Below are positions 49,501 to 60,570 of a stretch of 64,000 bases of DNA, piece after piece. The stretch's first letter is position 1. Each line of letters starts with the position of its first letter. Source of the DNA: Antedon mediterranea (lineage: Eukaryota; Animalia; Echinodermata). The DNA lies in the NCBI RefSeq assembly GCF_964355755.1, contig NC_092671.1:19964001-20028000 (forward strand). The letters are read 5' to 3'. The translations under genes and the position numbers were made by a program. Below the pieces are notes generated by a model that saw only the letters and a program-made list of their open reading frames with translations, was not told where the DNA came from and made no database searches.

Positions 49501-52500
49501 CAAATGGATTTGGTATTGACGGCAATGACGAGTTGTGATTTGGCAGTTCAGACGGAAAGGCGAAGTTATCATTATTGCGATACACAATATCAGTTTTAAC
49601 ACAATTGTCTGCAATATCACTGAAAAAATATAAAATTTCGTATATTATATATTTATCATTATAGAAGAACATTAAAGTAAAAAAGTATGCGGAAGTATGA
49701 TTTCATGATTTAATACATAGAATCTTGTAGATGAACATTACATGTTCACAATTCAAATTGAGCACACATACGGATAAAGGCTGTAAGGCTGGCGTATCGT
49801 ACGCATTTGTGTAAATGATATAGACATGGGTGTTGCTAATATTACCACCACATCCTTGACGTTGTGTCAATGTTTCTCGAGCTCACCTCCTTAGTACACA
49901 TAGTTTAAAGTAGTTGTCACACATGCCGTTATCACATCTGATACCACTATGATCCAGTCGGCCATCGCTTGTAAAAGACACCAATTCGATTTCCGCTATC
50001 AGTGAACAACGGCCAATAATCTAGTACGATCAAATATTAATGAAATAAGTAAGTAATAAGTAATGATTAAATAATTAGAGCAATCTTTAAAAAATATAAA
50101 ATAATGATAACAAATTTTGAACATAATACACTATTAGGCCTACATGGTTATAATTAATTTGCTATTGACTACAAGGAATTGCATAATTAATATTTTTAGT
50201 AGAGCAATGACCATCATAAACAAGGAATTTTACATTCTCAGAATATTAAGGCTGGTAGGCCTACACACAATTCAGAAGTAAATTACATACTTAAATAAAA
50301 ATTGAAGAACTGAATCATTCATACACTAGTAATGTCATTCATATAAAAGTATTACACACTGTTGTAAATTTTGAATTCCGACCAAATGTTGAACAAATGA
50401 CCTTGAACTGCCCTTTTTAGACTTGTACCAACCATAAGTACGAAACACTGATATACTTTAATAATGGACCATGATTTTTAATTCGTTTTATCGGTGCTTA
50501 CTTGCAATAGAAAAAAAAAATCATTATGTCTGCGATATTATGAACAATACGTTTTTAGATTTGTATCTTTCTCTAGATAAACATTTTGACAATGTTTCTT
50601 TTGTCAGGAAAGTAAGAAACTAATAACCTATATGAATATGCTTAATAATTATTGACCAATAGGTTTGGCTTGTTCTTCGTAACTTTTACATTAATTCTAT
50701 TGTATTACTGTTATTTCTTTAGTTTACAGTGTTTGTACACAGGAAGCTAATAGATTACATTACGGCGGAAATAATAATAATAATAATAAGTGTAAAGGAA
50801 GCTTAGATTTTACTAGGATGGGTAAAAGAATACTCTTCCCTTGAAAAACAAATTTGACTCGATTAATTGTTTGTCAAATGGATGTTTCTATAAATACACT
50901 AGGCCTACTTAATATAATACCAGTATGTAAGTTGGAGTGTGGAACAGACTGACACTGGAATAATGCAATGGAGTTGATTACATCCTGAATTGAATGTTTC
51001 ATTGTAGCGTACTTGTTACGTGTACGATGAGTGAGTACCGTACTTTTTCTGGTTACGGAAAATCCTTCTTTTTAAAATCCTATTAACCTTGTAAAATTTT
51101 AATTCAATTGTTATCTTATTTTGTAAATGATATATATGAAAACTGTATATTTATAAAATGATTTAAATATTGTTTGCATCCGACCACGCTCATTCTAACT
51201 AAAACGGTAATAAAATACGGATAGTGTGTGTACATAAAATACTGTTGATATAACAGTATAAGAAGTATACAACAGATACTAAACATGTATTGGTTAAAAA
51301 TTATAACTTACATCAAGTTTAAAAAGTCTGATGCAATTTGTAGAAATAATACGAAAACGGATAAATGCAGTTTTAAGCTGAAACCGGAAGAAACCATATC
51401 GGAACAAAACTATGCAATTTCCTTTCATCACTTCAATTAAAATAATACTGTATGTACCATTTACGTACTGGCACTAAGACTGCAGACTGGGTCAAATCAT
51501 GGAGGTATAAAAATAGAAGGAGAGAGCTCGAATGTATGTAATCTGCTTAATCCAATTAACAGGATGTGCGATATGATATTTTCAAAGCCGAAGCCCTGTA
51601 CCTCCATGGTCAAATAATATACCACACTGTGCTATTAAATATTATCATTATTTGTATACATATCGTTTTTCATATAAAGTTAGAAAAATAATAATGTTAT
51701 TAGGTCGCCTGCAACCTACCATCCATTGACATTGAACCTAATGACAGTAGGACTACCATGCATTCGGTAATAGGTCTACTCTATTATGGAGGAATTCCTC
51801 TCCGTATAGTTTCTTTCGCTATGGTATACAAAGCTTGTCAGTGACAGCGAAAAGGAATAACTACCATTGAAGGCTTGTATGACACATTGTAGAAATCGGT
51901 ACAGTAATTACAATTGTCACTTATAGTGTCTCACTAAACGACCCAACTATGAGTTTTTGAGTGAAAGTTCCCACAAATTATACATTCAAATTTTAATTTT
52001 TTTATTTTTATTTTATTCAGTTGTCAACCAACAGCGATGAAACCGCCACTAACAGGTTGAATCCTTCCTTGCGTTAGTGCGCTCCCTCCCCTTTACATTA
52101 ATTAACCGAAATGCATATCATAAATGTGAATACTGTAAATAACCCATCAGTCAATACGTCAGACTTGTACCTACTCCTGTCAATAACAAAATATAACGTG
52201 TAAAGGGCAACAAATCAAGTGTCATGGGATTTACATCGTGTACACGTTATTCGGGTTAAAAACAAGCTCTGTGATTGGAAAAATTCCTATATAGACCTAT
52301 TATTGTTTCTCTTTACTCCTTGTTATTAATTATACTTATGACAATGCAATTTATATTAAAAGACATAATAATTTGAATGTAACTAAAAACAGTGGATGCC
52401 GCAATCACATTTTTCTCTACTTTACATGTATAATCTAAGGTTGGTAGGCCTACAAAATCTTACAAAATTACGTTCATTGAAAACACTCAATTCATCTTGC

Positions 52501-53055
52501 AGGAATTAAAATATTTGCTTTTGTATGAAATAATTGTCAATTCAAAGTGGTACTGTAACACGATTGTCACAGAGGAATTGATTTATACAGTATAAGTCAT
52601 TATATTATTGAGCTTTCAGTGTAGGCATACATGTGCATATAGTGTGTCAGTGACACAAGCAAGATAATACGAGACGGTTCATTAATGACAGAATGAATTG
52701 CATAGGAGTATTTATTTAAGTGGTAGGTGGGGTTCCTCAAGATTGTGCTTTATTACGAAATTGTATCATAAAGATGGAATATACGTTAAGCATAATGCGA
52801 AATATTATGGAGAATGGTGCAATCGACCAGTCAATGACGAGCCTCTCAGAGGCAGACCTATAATTATAAATCATATGTTGCTCTACAGAAGTATGTATAT
52901 AATATGTAGACTCTAGTGCCTAGCCTCTCCTAGTGAACATTCATATAATAATGAAGATAACAACGAAGCACGTTGTATACATTGATACAACCTAAGGTAC
53001 TTACCACGCTTAACGAGTTTATTATACAAGCAACGAGGTAAATTTTGAAAATCAT
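40494..53055 (-). CDS. Gene B: Delta-like paralog lacking a full DSL (MNNL/C2-6xEGF-SEA-like-TM), 11 exons, 575 aa
   Basis: Exons 53005-53055, 49887-50020, 49478-49619, 48846-49012, 46525-46682, 45929-46039, 42936-43409, 42565-42721, 41746-41917, 41379-41470 and 40494-40563; GT-AG boundaries; phases join into 1728 nt and mirror gene A. Confidence 0.85.
41042..41073. repeat. C-homopolymer tract (G-rich on the gene B sense strand, last intron)
   Basis: ~30 nt of almost pure C; a similar G-run lies at 17983-18004 in gene A intron 1. Confidence 0.9.
41379..41470 (-). CDS. Gene B exon 10: transmembrane helix
   Basis: ttttgcag|VSSDKNLLEGMILGIIVFQAVIILLILVRW(R)|gtgaga. Confidence 0.85.
41746..41917 (-). 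CDS. Gene B exon 9: juxtamembrane domain, second half
   Basis: (H)DDLTQVVFVIYINNTMIAESDADKIINSIPEGERAKLMSPNTIAEDDENGSANTNTE|gtaagg; aligns with gene A exon 12. Confidence 0.82.
42004..42112 (+). mobile_element. Helentron/DINE-like non-autonomous element in gene B intron 8
   Basis: tttttAGTCGCGTggACGCGACT subterminal hairpin, (gtcg)n microsatellite and 3' ggccttgtt in a T-rich site. Confidence 0.5.
42565..42721 (-). CDS. Gene B exon 8: juxtamembrane domain, first half
   Basis: DSMESGIEISVKDTNKLDLTELETKFSNLIKEHIPGTEDVFVQTFVPANQNQ|gtgagt; 157 nt, aligns with gene A exon 11. Confidence 0.85.
42936..43409 (-). CDS. Gene B exon 7: four EGF repeats
   Basis: Core of ORF 42910..43545, GDDCDQDIDEC...GERCEL|gtgagt; 474 nt, phase 1-1. 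Confidence 0.93.
45929..46039 (-). CDS. Gene B exon 6: single EGF
   Basis: GDRCEVRLDPCKLGNCKYGNCTSALNTYTCECFPGYS(G); 111 nt; ttacag|...|gttagt. Confidence 0.9.
46525..46682 (-). CDS. Gene B exon 5: DSL stub plus first EGF
   Basis: (R)TTIKVRLYCEVGFTGPGCSQRDTECHSNTCFNKGKCIETGKRVKCHCASGFT(G); phase 2-1 like gene A exon 5. Confidence 0.88.
47468..47518. repeat. 51-bp palindrome (25-bp arms, 1-nt spacer)
   Basis: accggaagtttcatcaacacgcagt-g-actgcgtgttgatgaaacttccggt. Confidence 0.95.
48846..49012 (-). CDS. Gene B exon 4: C2 domain C-terminal strands
   Basis: ttttcacag|SKDSDKIITIEVHDWDKREDDLLYRNSTNISDIQTFGSDSEEPQVRVLQNSNGKT(R)|gtaaat; an alternative in-frame acceptor lies ~30 nt upstream. Confidence 0.78.
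49478..49619 (-). CDS. Gene B exon 3: MNNL/C2 middle
   Basis: SDIADNCVKTDIVYRNNDNFAFPSELPNHNSSLPSIPNPFEIHVPEWP|gtaagt; aligns with gene A exon 3 (RN.D.F.FP...NPF....W). Confidence 0.85.
49887..50020 (-). CDS. Gene B exon 2: MNNL N-terminal region
   Basis: IIGRCSLIAEIELVSFTSDGRLDHSGIRCDNGMCDNYFKLCVLR|gtgagc; CDN.F..C motif shared with gene A exon 2; phase 0-2. Confidence 0.85.
51498..51608. mobile_element. 111-bp P-element-like MITE in gene B intron 1
   Basis: TIR CATGGAGGTA / TACCTCCATG with perfect 7-bp TSD gtcaaat. Confidence 0.7.
53005..53055 (-). CDS. Gene B exon 1: signal peptide
   Basis: ATG, MIFKIYLVACIINSLSV, then |gtaagt; 51 nt, phase 0. Confidence 0.7.
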
Positions 53056-54112
53056 TATAATCCCAAGAGAAATATTGTTACGCTAGAAAAATGAGTATTG
53101 CAGTGCTGTACAGTGATGATGGGCGTTCGGTTCGGTAGTGTCTTCGCTGTATCTGCCAATATAGTATACTATACTGAGACTCATATAGAGCGCTCTCTAT
53201 ACTACAGACGCAATTACATTGGATGGAGCGTCCATGTGATTGGAGAAGCATGATACAATACGTCCTTTGATAAGATAAGTACCTGTATTTTCCTCCCAAT
53301 GAATGGGATTACTACATTAATATAGGGCGTATTACACACAATAGGTGACACTTTAGTTTCGTTGGCACGTGACCATGGATACAAATGTAAATGAAAAATT
53401 GTAGTAGTGTAGGCCTAGCTACATACCCCTTGTTATGTTTCTTTTTCGTTATCTTACTTTCATAGGTTTCTTTTGATTTATCCTTTTGATCGTATAGACT
53501 TACTGTATAGAAGCATAGAAAGACACCAATAATATATAAAATCGACTGTGTGTGGCCTACAGAAAAGTCATGGCAATATGTAAATAATCGGTTAAACAGA
53601 GAAAATACAAAAATAGCCTTGAGAGCGATGGAACAAAATAATTGCGAATGTGTGAAAGGGCAATTTTTTAAACGAATGATTAGACACCTTTATGTTAGGT
53701 CCATTTTGAAAATGTAGAAGAAGCACGAGAGTGTGCTAATGCACTCGATGATGATGTTGATTATGATGTTGATGATTGATCGCACACATTGTGTAACTGA
53801 TGAAAGTTCAATGATTTTATGGAGATAACCTGTCACTAGCACTATAATATAATACTATCATCAAAATAGTCCCTTTTCGTTGCATCATTTATTAGGTATT
53901 AAATTAAATACGGTGGAGAAAATAGTACATTACGGTACATTAGTCTAATATTTTGTCCTATATTTTATATAATGTACATAAAGGCAGGCTTAACCCAAGA
54001 CAAATTGACAAATTGTAAGTACGGATGATGTGCCCTCTGCGCTTCAAATTCAAAATGTATTAAGGTATGGTTAAGCAACAACATTTACCCAAAAAAAAGA
54101 ACAAAGATATAA

Positions 54113-57100
54113 AGTAGAGAGGCCAAATACACAAAAGTCCTTTATAAAAAGTTTGGGGGGCATTTCTTGTTAATAGCAGGCAACCATGTTGAATTTATCC
54201 TTTGTGGGGTGACAAAAACGATAGGAGTGGATGCCATCTTCAGTTTTGGGTTTTAAGGTCAGTTTATGTGGTCAAGAGGTCAAACAAGGTCAAAATATAG
54301 GATTTTTTTTTATTCACGGAAAATCATCTACATCATCAGATCTATCCAAAGAAGTATATTTGAAGATCAACTGATGCTTCATATTATAGTAATTATGAGA
54401 TAAACATTGTATTTTACACATAAAAACATAGGAAATTAAATACAAAAGTGTCATTTTCTCAAAATGTTGTTTTCACATATTTCTGTAAAGTACATACAGT
54501 TTTTTAATAGGCTTTTTCCAGTCTGTTGTAAATTTTTCTTTTTTATGTTGTCCACCAGTCATCGTTTTGATTTTTGTCGGAAAAAGTAGGTCATGTGTTA
54601 TATGTATGAAACGCCATATGTGCCAAAAGATTTGTCTTTTACTATAATATTATTAATATTACCTATAGTAATGTAATAATATTTAGAAATTTGTTTTTAG
54701 AAAAATTATTATTACCTATAATAATGTAATAATATTTAGAAATTTGATAGAGACCCCCTATATGACCTAATGTCGAGATGTTTTTGTTGGGTCAGAGACT
54801 CCCTATAATGTAATTATTTAAACATTTGTTTGTTGTTTCAAGAAAGCTCGAAAGAGAAACCTGGGTATCGAGTCTTTGTTTTCAAAAACCCTAACTATTG
54901 GACTTTATCAATGTTGGAAGGAGTGGAAAATGGGTTCTTCTTCATGAGGCCTTCGCATCTATGCTATCTTGGCTGACGGTGATAACAGATATAAAACTCC
55001 TTAAGTAATTAAGAGGTCCTTTATAAACATGGATAAAGACGGTTTTAACGTTATTTACCAACATTACGTTACGTACTGTGTCCAGGTATGGAATCCATTT
55101 CTCCAAAAAGACATAAACGCACTTGAAAGAGAACAACGTCATGCGACAAATCAAATTCCAGCTATCCATTCTTATTCATAACAAGATCGTTTAAAGTTTC
55201 TTGGCCTAACAACCCTGTATGACAGACGAATTCGTGGTGACTTGATTGAAAATTTTTAAAAGGTTTCGTGGGTGTAGCCAATGAAGACTTCCTTCAAATG
55301 AGATGCAATCGAAGCAGAAATACACGAGGACATCAGCTTAGATTTTTCAAACCTAAATTTCACAAAGGACTGATAGGAGATCCACTTTTTCACAATGAGT
55401 AATTATATATTTGAATAGTTTGCCAACCGAAGTCGTCATTTCTGAAACCACCAACACATTTAAAAACCGATTGGATTCGTTGTAGAAATGAGGTTAAAAG
55501 GGTAAACAAGTTTACCTATCTAAACTAATCAGAACCAAATATTCTAAACACTGAGTGGACATGATTGATCGATTCAAAATAGAATCATGGGTATAACAAG
55601 AAACGCTGTAATTCATTGAAGGTTCTGCATGACATGGTCAGTCTGATCACGAATCACACATAATACACAATATTCTTTCAAACTGACAGATGATAAGGAA
55701 GATCTTATATTTAAAGTAACAACTTATTGAAAAAAAACAGAACTTAAAACTTCATGAGCCACTGAGAAAGCATCGCTCTAAACCTTTGCGGATTTCTATA
55801 AGGCAACTGTTTCGATAAAGTATATAAAAACCAAAAAACTTACTGAAAATCTGCTGATCAACCATTGGAGTATGATCATAGCCCAATTTTAATATCTTTA
55901 ACCAAATATGACTTCACATATCTTGATGGATGGTGGCGTTGAAAATACCCACAGATGTTCCTTCCAGAAGAAAACTTAAAAACATGATGGTTATGCACTA
56001 TAGGATTCAGTAAACATGGCTGTAAAACATTTGGTGACAATGCAAGTATTTATGCAAGTTACCTAGATATTTGTCATTTTGTTGTATTTGATCATTACAT
56101 TGGAAAGGGGTGGAAGCAGTGACACGATTGAAAGGATAGTCCCAATGTACTAATCTGTACTTCCGTATGTGTTTTGGGCCACACTCATCGGTTTTGAGGA
56201 GAACAAATATCACAAAGTTTTCAGACATTCTTCTTCGTCAATAACAAAGAGCTTGCAATTATACATGAAAGTTGATGTATAATGATATGCACTTGTAACT
56301 CCAATACCAACCGTACAAAAGTATGGGAGATGTCTGGTATAGTGAACAATAAAGTGGTTGAAAACCTATCAAGAATAATCTAACCAGCTTCCATGCCATT
56401 ACAGGTTGCAGCACGTCATTATTTGCTGGTTATGGAAGAGGTCCTACTGGAAATCATTTGTAACGCATCCACTCCTTGTAAATGGAATTGATTAAGATTA
56501 AGACTTTGCACGTACAGTGTACAGTAAAGTTTAATATTGCCAAATATATGGTACTCTTGAGCAGATAACTGTATAATAACAGACTACTCTTTGGAAGGTC
56601 TTGAAATGCTACCTCCATCTAGACTCAGTGACCATATACCATTAACACTAGTGATATATATTTCCCTTAAATATTAAGTATTTCACTTGACTCAATAAAT
56701 ATTTAAGTACTGTATTTCCACTTAGGGAAACACTTAGAATTTAAAAAACTCACCTATGGTGAATACAGACATCATAGAACCTAAACATACGAGCCAACTA
56801 TCACGCAGAATCGGGTCGTTTGGAAGCCCATAACCCAGTTGTCAGTTTGGAACTTGTTACATGTGTATGTGAACTAAAGAGCCAGAAGAAGTTGTTACCG
56901 AAAGCATGCATGTGTGGTTGTGATTCAATCGTTTGCCGTTACCCAGATGGCCAGTAGGCATTATATATCAGTGCTGGAAGAAATACCCACCTCAGAGCGT
57001 TTACCTCCTTCCTACCCCAGGAAAAACTTGAATATTGGCATGGGCCCATGCCGCCCATTACTCCCAACCCACAAACCGTTTTTAAATGAAATTTAAGACA

Positions 57101-57636
57101 TTCCAGTAGGTCTCCGATTTTGGTTATTTTGATACTCTAGGACTCCTCCTCTCCATCCCTTGAACACCTTCCAGGAGTGACTTAAAAAGTTTAAAATCTT
57201 CCCAGTACAATTCTGGTCTTTTTGACACCACACTATAATCATCAGCCCAGGCTATCATGAAAATTATATTTATTTCAATTATTAATACCGATAATTAACA
57301 GGTCTGTGCTCTATTTGATCTTATGACCTTGAAAATGACCTTTAAACTTGTAATTTGAAAAATTGATGAACTTGTCCATCTACAGCAATATGTCAATAAT
57401 GATCCGATAATGATTACATTTCTTTTAATTAGCTTATACGTTGTTGAAAACAGCGTAAACCTCTATTTTACCATATTTGACCTTATAACCTTGAAAATGA
57501 CCTTTGACCTGAAATTGGAGAGCGGCGTCCACCCCTATCTTTTTTGTCATCCCATAAGGGATATATTCCACATGGTTGCCTGCTATTAACAGAAAATTCC
57601 CCCCATGATGAAAAAGCTCACATTGGCCGCTCTACT
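54113..57636 (+). mobile_element. decayed Academ DNA transposon with transposase remnants
   Basis: Diverged ~150-bp TIRs (AGTAGAG(A/C)GGCCAA...); internal FHAITGCSTSLFAGYGR at 56389-56439 (XPG-like motif), then LPPS and LELVTCVC followed by a Cys-rich tail, as in Academ proteins. Confidence 0.7.
55060..55490 (+). mobile_element. CR1-clade LINE ORF2 3' fragment nested in the Academ element
   Basis: YCVQVWNPFLQKDINALEREQRHAT...RLKFLGLTTLYDRRIRGDLIE...NTRGH...FKNRLD. Confidence 0.85.
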
Positions 57637-57965
57637 CATTTGCACCCATAATAAATATAAACTTATCATTTTGTGACATATTTTTAAAGTTTAGATTCAA
57701 AACAAACACCGAATAACTATAAACAGCAAAATCTCAAAACATATAACGTAAATAACAAATTAAATGAACTTGACTGTATTTTTTTTAATAGTTTCCACTA
57801 TCTGGAGTACTGCATTGCTTTATGCGGCACTGCTTTATGATGGTTTTTACCCTACAGTCAGTAGTCAGAACTATAAACTTAACCTAATATAAACCCTCTA
57901 AATAATCTTTCTTAACTATTAACTTACAATTTAAAGTTGATACGTACTGTTGGTACTGATTTTTA

Positions 57966-58670
57966 CGGTGGCTGATTTCCTCCAAAAGAACACAATTATT
58001 TTATAATAATACGGCGTTATTATTATATAATCCCGGTTCACACGTACATGCGCAGTACATCAACAAACCCAGAGCCATAAAGAGTTGCGACTTTGAATGG
58101 ATTGATTCAATTTGTTTAAAGGTTTTTGTTAAAATAATAATAACATTATTTTGACAACAAAAAATAGCTTTAATCCATTTAATTTACCAGCTCTAGCTGT
58201 GCGCTCCATGCACGCTCTACGCGTGCGCGTTTAATTTGTACAGCGATTCTCTAAAGTAATGCATTGCTTTTACATTTTGTTGTTTAAAATCATCTTCGCA
58301 GTAACTTTATGATTGCGTTATCTTAACAAAAACTTGTAAACAAATTGATTGTTTTGATATTAAAAATTAGATATTTAAAACCTTGTGAATGTTATACATT
58401 TTTTAAGCAAATAACAACTCGACTCCATACACTACATAGGCATAGTTGGACACAAAGATGGCCAGTAATGTACCACGTGACTTTCTAAAATATGTGAATG
58501 CGCCAAGAGGTTTGTTGATGTATAACGCCCTAAATTTGTAATAGGGCGTTATAACGCCCTAATTACGGCGTTATAACGCCCTAATACGTCGTTAAAACGC
58601 CCTAATACAGCGTTATAATGCCCTAATAGGCCTACTATTAATTGTTTTCTTTGGCGGAAATCAGTCACCG
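57966..58670. mobile_element. Tc1/mariner-like MITE with internal palindromic tandem repeat
   Basis: TA|CGGTGGCTGATTTCC...GGAAATCAGTCACCG|TA, ~35-bp imperfect TIR; ~21-bp units gcgttataacgccctaat at 58520-58628. Confidence 0.65.
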
Positions 58671-58869
58671 TAGATTTTAACCACTTGATGTAACCCTGTT
58701 TACTAATTAAGTTGAGTAAGATAATTAGTTATTGACTAAATTATTAAAAAGAATTCATGTTCAACGACTTTCCCCAAATAGGGGTGTTTTCCAATCGTGG
58801 TATACACTGTATAGTTATAAGTAGTGTATTTTGACAATACTGTAAATACATATTAACAATTTTTGGTCG

Positions 58870-58985
58870 CCATTTGAAGCGCAAATTTCTTACTGTGAGT
58901 GTGGGTACTGTTAGATATAAACACATATACAAATAAACTTTATTACTGACAGTTGCTTTTCAACGTTTGTATTAATTATTAATTA
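58870..58985 (+). repeat. dispersed direct repeat, second copy at ~45235-45345
   Basis: Shared gcaaatttcttactgtgagtgtgggtactg...tattactgaca.ttgctt.tcaacgtttgtatt. Confidence 0.7.
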
Positions 58986-60025
58986 CAAAAAGGTATAAAA
59001 GTCGTAGTGGTGTATCGTTACATACTTTACTATTTAAATCGACTATGACAGTGACAGTTTTAATGTTTATATTATTGTTAATATGAATATATTATTATAG
59101 TTTATTATGTTTAGATTTAACCTGTTAGTGGTGGTTTCATCGCTGTTGGTTGTGAACTGAATAAAATAAGTTTAAAAAATTAATTAATTAATTAATAACA
59201 CATTATTAACTCGCAAATGTCTTATTAGTGGTTTATTATTTATAAAACATGAAAACAAATATTTCAATACTATAGTGGATAAATATATTTAAAAATTGTT
59301 CCTCTTTGCACCCATCCTCTTCCCTCAACCCTAATGTTATACATACAAAAACACAAATTGGGTTTGTCTTATTTTGTATTGCCAGGGTGCTAAATTTATT
59401 TGATTACATACGAATCACCCTGTCTATTTATTCGTTCCTATGAACGTATTATTGTCCTGCGCCATACGTGCATTTGAAATCACCAGTAACATAACCCTAA
59501 TTATCAACTGATCTGAATCTATCTCTCTAATTATTATTAACTGAACCTAGCCGGCCCTCTAATAATAAATCTGTCTAAATTATTAACTGAATCTAACCCT
59601 CTAAATAATCTCTCCCAGTACTTTGTTGCCTTCTAGTTTTGGCATTGCCACAAAGCAAATAAAGTGGGTAAAAGCATCAATACAGTACTACCTTTTACTT
59701 CGCCGTAATAAAAATAAATAAGGTATTAACATTAATTTTTTAGATTAAAATGATGTGTTTGCAATAGCTACTTTTGGACTTGTCTAGCTTTGGTTTTGGT
59801 TTTTAGATTTTGCAATTTTACACAAAAAAATATTTCAACGGGTTTAATATGATTTAATGGCTAAATAACCTTCACGGCACAGGTAGGCTGTTGGGTTTAA
59901 CCGCTTTCTTAATAAATAAATGATTTGTAATGAATTACTATCCGGCCATTTTGGTGCGCACAACCAGAATATTTTATAAGCCATTATAACAATTGTTTTC
60001 TGTAAAGTTTTGACATTTTCATTAA

Positions 60026-60570
60026 AGATGTATTGTTCCTTTGACTAATTCCCAAAAAAAATTTTTTTTTTTATTTCGAAAAAAAGTGGGTCATTTTGAA
60101 GTATCATAATAGTTATTAAATTTCACCAAAAATTAGTCAAAAAAAAAATTATTTTAACCGAAATACAGATGTTTTTTTGTTCAAAAAATAACTTTGACTT
60201 CCAGTCAAAGTTTTCAATCAAAACATATCCCATAATGCAATGCGCTTGTTTGGCTACTCTGTATGCATAATCATAAACTTCCTCGCGATCTGTGTGAAAA
60301 CACCTTCTCAACCGTGATGAGTTATAAACAATCCTAATTAGCATCATGCATAATGCATACTCATGGTTTGAAATCTTTGTTTACTTTCGCTTGCGACGAT
60401 TTCTCAGACGAAATGTAATCTAATTAATTGACCTGTTAATTACGTAAACTGTTGTTTTTGGCTCGAATTTTCGACTTAAAGTGAATAACTTTAATATTAC
60501 TTTGATATGGCCAATTTAAATTTAGAATATTTTTTTTTTCATTTTTTGTGTTTCAAGGGACAATACATCT
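60026..60570. mobile_element. Kolobok-like MITE, complete
   Basis: TTAA|AGATGTATTGTTCC...GGGACAATACATCT|TTAA. Confidence 0.75.

Noticed and set aside
51715-51880. Extra MNNL-like exon in gene B intron 1 (NGSYSFSLSLTSF... and ...IRFNVNGW)
   Set aside because: In-frame stops and incompatible splice phase; the true exon 2 is at 49887-50020.
51968-51975. Su(H)/CSL site TGTGGGAA (minus strand) in gene B intron 1
   Set aside because: A single degenerate 8-mer is expected by chance in 64 kb; no paired site seen.
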